A stretch of 39,611 nucleotides of DNA. Origin: a bacterium. GTDB taxonomy: Bacteria > Patescibacteriota > Minisyncoccia > Minisyncoccales > CG1-02-41-26. Shown here one piece after another: positions 36,135 to 39,611 of the stretch. The number at the start of each line of letters is the position of its first letter. The stretch's first letter is position 1. The notes below the pieces were generated by a model that saw only the letters and a program-made list of their open reading frames with translations, had not been told where the DNA came from and did no database searches. The stretch is from contig JAUWWY010000002.1 of assembly GCA_030616605.1 (NCBI GenBank), forward strand, positions 184,867 to 224,477, read 5' to 3'. The translations under genes were made by a program, and so were the position numbers.

Positions 36135-36157
36135 GTTTACACTGAGCTTGTTGAAGT
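36134..36157 (+). repeat. tRNA 5' leader repeat, copy 2
   Basis: agtttacactgag-cttgt-tgaagt directly before tRNA-Thr. Confidence 0.75.
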
Positions 36158-36229
36158 GCCGGAGTAACTCAGTGGTAGAGTAGCTATCTCGTAAATAGCA
36201 AGTCGTGGGTTCGATTCCCCCCTCCGGCT
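36158..36229 (+). tRNA. tRNA-Thr(CGT)
   Basis: GCCGGAG...gctat-ctCGTaa-atagc...GGTTCGATTCC...CTCCGGC-T; CCA not encoded. Confidence 0.94.
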
Positions 36230-36249
36230 CAAATAAAATTTTGTATAAA

Positions 36250-37353
36250 ATGATTGATGATTTTATTTCTAAAATTGAAAAGTTAAAAATAGAGATTAAG
36301 GAACTAAAAAAAAATCTTGATATTAAAAATAAAATAAAAGAACTAAAAAGATTAGAAAAAGAAATTCAAGAACCTAATTTTTGGCAAAAAGAAAAGAATC
36401 CAGCTAAGATTCAACAAAAAGCTGCCCAATTAAAGGAGAAAATCCAAGAGATTACTAATTTAGAAAAAGAAATTAAAGATTTAGAAGAATTTTTGCCGTT
36501 AGTGAAAGAGGATTCAAAGGAAGAAAAAGAATTTAAACAAAAACTGGAAGAACTCAGCTCTGAAATAAAAAATCAGGAAAAAGAAGTTTTTCTTTCTGGT
36601 AAATATGACTCTTACCCCGCTATCCTTTCTATTCAGGCAGGGGCCGGAGGAAGAGATGCCGAAGACTGGGTAGTTTTGCTTTTCAGAATGTATCAAAAGT
36701 TTTTTGAAAATAAAAATTGGAGATATAAAATTTTGTCTCAGACTTATACTGAAGGAGGGGGACCGGAAGGCAGAATTGGGATTAGAGAAGTCTCTATAGA
36801 AGTTAAGGGAAAATTTGCTTTTGGTTTTTTAAAGAAAGAAAAAGGAGTTCATCGCTTGGTTCGAATTTCTCCTTTTTCAAGTAAAGGAATAAGACATACT
36901 TCTTTTGCTAAAGTTGAAATTCTGCCTGAAATTAAAACTGAAGAAAGCCAAATTGATATTCGTCCAGAAGATTTGAAAATAGAAACTTTTCGAGCTTCAG
37001 GACCTGGCGGACAATATGTTAATAGAAGAGAGTCAGCTGTTCGTATTACCCACTTGCCAACCGGTATTCAAGCTGCTTCACAAGCTGAAAGATTACAGGG
37101 TGTAAACCGAAAAATTGCTCTTCAGATTTTAACCTCAAAACTCCAAAATCAGAAATTAAAAGAAGAAGATGAAAAACTGGAAAAAATAAAAGGCAAAAAA
37201 GTTTTAGCTGAGTTTGGAAATCAAATTCGCTCTTATGTTTTCCATCCCTATAAACTTGTCAAAGACCATCGAACCGGAGTTGAAACATCTGATGTGGAGA
37301 GAGTTCTTGACGGGAATTTAGATCGGTTTATTGAAGCAGAAATGAAATTGTAG
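36250..37353 (+). CDS. prfB: Peptide chain release factor 2, uninterrupted frame
   Basis: GVHRLVRISPF (SPF), RHTSFA, GPGGQ, QIRSYV..PY..VKDHRT; start at MIDDF after tRNA-Thr. Confidence 0.95.
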   Translation: MIDDFISKIEKLKIEIKELKKNLDIKNKIKELKRLEKEIQEPNFWQKEKNPAKIQQKAAQLKEKIQEITNLEKEIKDLEEFLPLVKEDSKEEKEFKQKLEELSSEIKNQEKEVFLSGKYDSYPAILSIQAGAGGRDAEDWVVLLFRMYQKFFENKNWRYKILSQTYTEGGGPEGRIGIREVSIEVKGKFAFGFLKKEKGVHRLVRISPFSSKGIRHTSFAKVEILPEIKTEESQIDIRPEDLKIETFRASGPGGQYVNRRESAVRITHLPTGIQAASQAERLQGVNRKIALQILTSKLQNQKLKEEDEKLEKIKGKKVLAEFGNQIRSYVFHPYKLVKDHRTGVETSDVERVLDGNLDRFIEAEMKL

Positions 37354-37362
37354 TAAATTTAT

Positions 37363-38052
37363 ATGATTAGATTCCAAAATGTTAGCAAAATATATCATTC
37401 GGGTAAAGAACCAATTGTAGCTTTATCTGATGTTTCTTTTGAATTAGAAAAAGGAAGTTTCGTTTCTATTATTGGTAAATCAGGGTCTGGCAAAACAACA
37501 TTAATTAAACTTTTAATTGGGGAAGAGAAACTAACAAAAGGAAAAATTTTTTTTAAAGAAAGAGAAGTTCATAAAATGAGTTCCAAAAAACTTCAAAATC
37601 TCCGCCGAAAAATCGGCGTTGTCCACCAGGATTATAAACTGCTTTTTTCAAAAAATGTCAGAGAAAATGTTGAATATATAATGCAGGTAATTGGAGCTTC
37701 TGATCAAGACATTTCAAGAGATACTCCTCAGGTTTTAGAATTAGTCGGTTTAATGGAAAGACAGGAAAATTTTCCTCAAGAGCTTTCAGGAGGAGAGAAA
37801 CAAAGATTAGCAATTGCTCGTAGTCTTTGCCATCGACCAGAAATCATTATTGCCGATGAACCAACCGGCAATTTAGACCTTTACAACACTTTTGAAATTA
37901 TTAATCTTTTTAAAAAAATTCATAGTTTTGGCACAACAGTAATTTTAGCCACTCACAATAAAGAAGTTATTGATAGTTTAGAAAAAAGAGCAATAACCCT
38001 GGAAAAGGGTAGAGTAATCCACGACCAAGAAAAGGGAAAATTTATTTTATAA
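37363..38052 (+). CDS. ftsE: Cell division ATP-binding protein FtsE
   Basis: GKSGSGKT, LRRKIGVV.QD, LSGGEKQR, ADEPTGNLD; upstream of ftsX. Confidence 0.92.
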   Translation: MIRFQNVSKIYHSGKEPIVALSDVSFELEKGSFVSIIGKSGSGKTTLIKLLIGEEKLTKGKIFFKEREVHKMSSKKLQNLRRKIGVVHQDYKLLFSKNVRENVEYIMQVIGASDQDISRDTPQVLELVGLMERQENFPQELSGGEKQRLAIARSLCHRPEIIIADEPTGNLDLYNTFEIINLFKKIHSFGTTVILATHNKEVIDSLEKRAITLEKGRVIHDQEKGKFIL

Positions 38053-38056
38053 ATCT

Positions 38057-38968
38057 ATGTTCATAAAGTTAAAACGTATTTTCAGATTTGCTTGGCAGAG
38101 CTTTTCACGCAATAAAGGTTTAAGCTTGCAGGTGGTTTTTATTATGGCAATTGCTATTTTTACTTTAACTTCACTTTTTATTTTCAAAGACTTAAGCAAC
38201 TTTTTAATTGCCAAAGCTGAAAAAAAAGTTGATATCTCGGTTTACTTTAAAAAGGATATTGAAGAAGATGAGATTTTTGTTGTCAGAGAGGGACTTTCTA
38301 ATTTTTCAAAAGAGATAGAAAATATTGATTATGTTTCAAAAGAAAAAGCAAAGGAGATTTTTCTTGAGAGACACAAAGATGATCCTCTTTATCTTGAAGC
38401 TTTAGAGCAAGTAGAAGAGAATCCCTTTTTATCTTCTTTAAATATTAAAGCAAAAAGTCCTGCTCTCTATGCTCAAATTTCCAGTTTTTTAACTAAAGGC
38501 CCCTTTCAAGCCTTGGTTGAAAAAGTTTCCTATTACCAGTCAGAAAAAGTGATTAGTAAACTCTTTGCCTTAACTTCAAATATAAAAACAGCTGGTCTTT
38601 TCTTTAGTTTCTTTTTGATAATTTTGGTTATTTTAATGACCTTCAATACAGTTAAGTTAACCATTTTTGCTTTCCGAGATGAAATTTCTACTATGCGATT
38701 AGTTGGTGCCTCCAGCTGGTTTATTCGAGGGCCCTTTGTAATTCAGGGATTTTTGTATGGAATTCTCTCTATCCTGATTGTTGATATTTTATTTCTTTTA
38801 TCTTTTGCTTTTTTAAATTCCGACCTTCAGACCTGGCTTTTTGATTTTAATCTTTTAGAATATTTTCAGGCGAACTTTTTGAACTTGTTTCTTTTGCAAA
38901 TTCTTTTTGCCTTTTTACTTGGAGGGATTTCTTCTTTCTTAGCTGTCCGCAAATATTTGAAGATTTAA
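38057..38968 (+). CDS. ftsX: Cell division permease FtsX
   Basis: TM1, extracytoplasmic domain (ISVYF, YVSKE.A), EI..MRLVGAS.WFIRGPF. Confidence 0.92.
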   Translation: MFIKLKRIFRFAWQSFSRNKGLSLQVVFIMAIAIFTLTSLFIFKDLSNFLIAKAEKKVDISVYFKKDIEEDEIFVVREGLSNFSKEIENIDYVSKEKAKEIFLERHKDDPLYLEALEQVEENPFLSSLNIKAKSPALYAQISSFLTKGPFQALVEKVSYYQSEKVISKLFALTSNIKTAGLFFSFFLIILVILMTFNTVKLTIFAFRDEISTMRLVGASSWFIRGPFVIQGFLYGILSILIVDILFLLSFAFLNSDLQTWLFDFNLLEYFQANFLNLFLLQILFAFLLGGISSFLAVRKYLKI

Positions 38969-38972
38969 AAAA

Positions 38973-39046
38973 TGCGGGGTGGTGTAATGGTAGCACTCGA
39001 GATTCTGGCTCTCGTAATCTAGGTTCGAATCCTAGCCCCGCAGCCA
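38973..39046 (+). tRNA. tRNA-Gln(CTG)
   Basis: TGCGGGG...cgaga-ttCTGgc-tctcg...GGTTCGAATCC...CCCCGCA-G-CCA. Confidence 0.95.
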
Positions 39047-39068
39047 CGTAAAATTCGTCCTCCGAGCA

Positions 39069-39106
39069 TAAAAAAATACCCTATCAAACAATAGGGTATT
39101 TTTTTA
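39069..39106. terminator. Intrinsic terminator, probably bidirectional
   Basis: aaaaaaataccctat-caaaca-atagggtattttttt. Confidence 0.82.
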
Positions 39107-39174
39107 ATCCGATATTAATATATTAGCTAAATTTAATAAACTTTTTTAAGCTAAATTACTTTCCTTTTTTGCTT

Positions 39175-39223
39175 TCCGATACCGATATTTTCATATCCGA
39201 TACCGATATTTGTATATCCGATA
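39175..39223. repeat. 21-bp tandem repeat x2.3 built from CCGATA
   Basis: tccgataccgatattttcata / tccgataccgatatttgtata / tccgata. Confidence 0.85.
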
Positions 39224-39224
39224 G

Positions 39225-39269
39225 TTATCCACAGGGGCTCTTGACAGAGAATTTTGAATAAAAGATAAT
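39225..39269 (+). promoter_or_regulatory. DnaA box plus sigma70 promoter, rightward
   Basis: TTATCCACA (39225-33); TTGACA (39241-46), 17 nt, GATAAT (39264-69). Confidence 0.65.
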
Positions 39270-39373
39270 AAGTAAAGATTAAAAGAAGGCCCAAAGGGCC
39301 AAAATCCTTTCTTAAAACTTGGGGGTTTTTGAAAAGAATTTTTTATTAGGTCGCTTTGAGCCTTCTGTCTATA

Positions 39374-39428
39374 ATTTTACTCATTTAAATCTATTTGTCA
39401 AGCTTTTCTAACCTTTTTCTGTGGATAA
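39374..39428 (-). promoter_or_regulatory. DnaA box plus sigma70 promoter, leftward
   Basis: Minus strand: TTATCCACA (39428-39420); TTGACA (39401-39396), 16 nt, TAAAAT (39379-39374). Confidence 0.55.
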
Positions 39429-39432
39429 TTTT

Positions 39433-39611
39433 ATGGAGGAAAAACCAGAAAGAAAATTAAATACGAATATAGATGATAATAATAAATACATATCTCTTCA
39501 GGAAGCGACAAAATTTTGTAATTACTCGCAGGAATATTTGAGCTTGAGAGCAAGACAGAAAAAATTAAAAGCAAAGAAAATCGGCAGGAACTGGATGACT
39601 ACCAAAGAGTG
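39433..39611 (+). CDS. Protein starting with an excisionase/MerR-like helix-turn-helix (3' truncated by window edge)
   Basis: MEEKPERK...YISLQEATKFCNYSQEYLSLRARQKKLKAKKIGRNWMTTKE; open to the window end. Confidence 0.75.
   Translation, partial: MEEKPERKLNTNIDDNNKYISLQEATKFCNYSQEYLSLRARQKKLKAKKIGRNWMTTKE

Noticed and set aside
36205-36249. prfB N-terminal extension in the ORF track
   Set aside because: Overlaps the T-arm of tRNA-Thr
38847-39047. 66-aa minus-strand ORF
   Set aside because: Antisense shadow of tRNA-Gln and the ftsX 3' end
39042-39049. AGCCACGT matching the hisS module arm
   Set aside because: Only 8 nt, formed by the tRNA G-CCA end, with no second arm
39107-39430. Firm oriC call
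   Set aside because: Only two DnaA boxes, no dnaA or dnaN in view, and skew cannot be assessed here
1-39611. CRISPR array, prophage, transposase or recoded TGA
   Set aside because: No regularly spaced repeats with spacers and no such genes; TGA ends topA, pth, ftsZ and murJ at plausible positions

Overview
AT-rich, gene-dense bacterial chromosome segment, almost all housekeeping genes: leuS (3' end), tsaC, topA, dprA, pth, lepB, hisS, rpsU, ybeY, ftsA/ftsZ, comEC, htrA, clpB, murB, hpf, secA/D/F, pgk, recJ-like, rnhA, rnpB, murJ, prfB, ftsEX and four tRNAs. Gene content and order look like a Patescibacteria (CPR, Parcubacteria-like) genome with TGA as stop; this lineage call is inference. 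No transposase, integrase, prophage or CRISPR array is visible. The unexplained signal is mostly non-coding. (1) A ~65% GC, highly folded 144-163 bp dispersed element sits just upstream of both topA and pgk; one of its hairpin modules recurs in frame inside hisS, and related GA-loop mini-hairpins occur before two tRNAs and in rnpB. (2) Two small promoter-bearing RNA candidates between clpB and murB have mutually complementary single-stranded segments. (3) Heptamer tandem repeats are written into leuS, pth and murB. (4) A mirror-symmetric DnaA-box/convergent-promoter cassette lies near the window end. (5) There is a 17-aa polylysine peptide gene, and an FtsZ lacking its C-terminal tail. All folds and alignments were done by eye; nothing was computed or searched.
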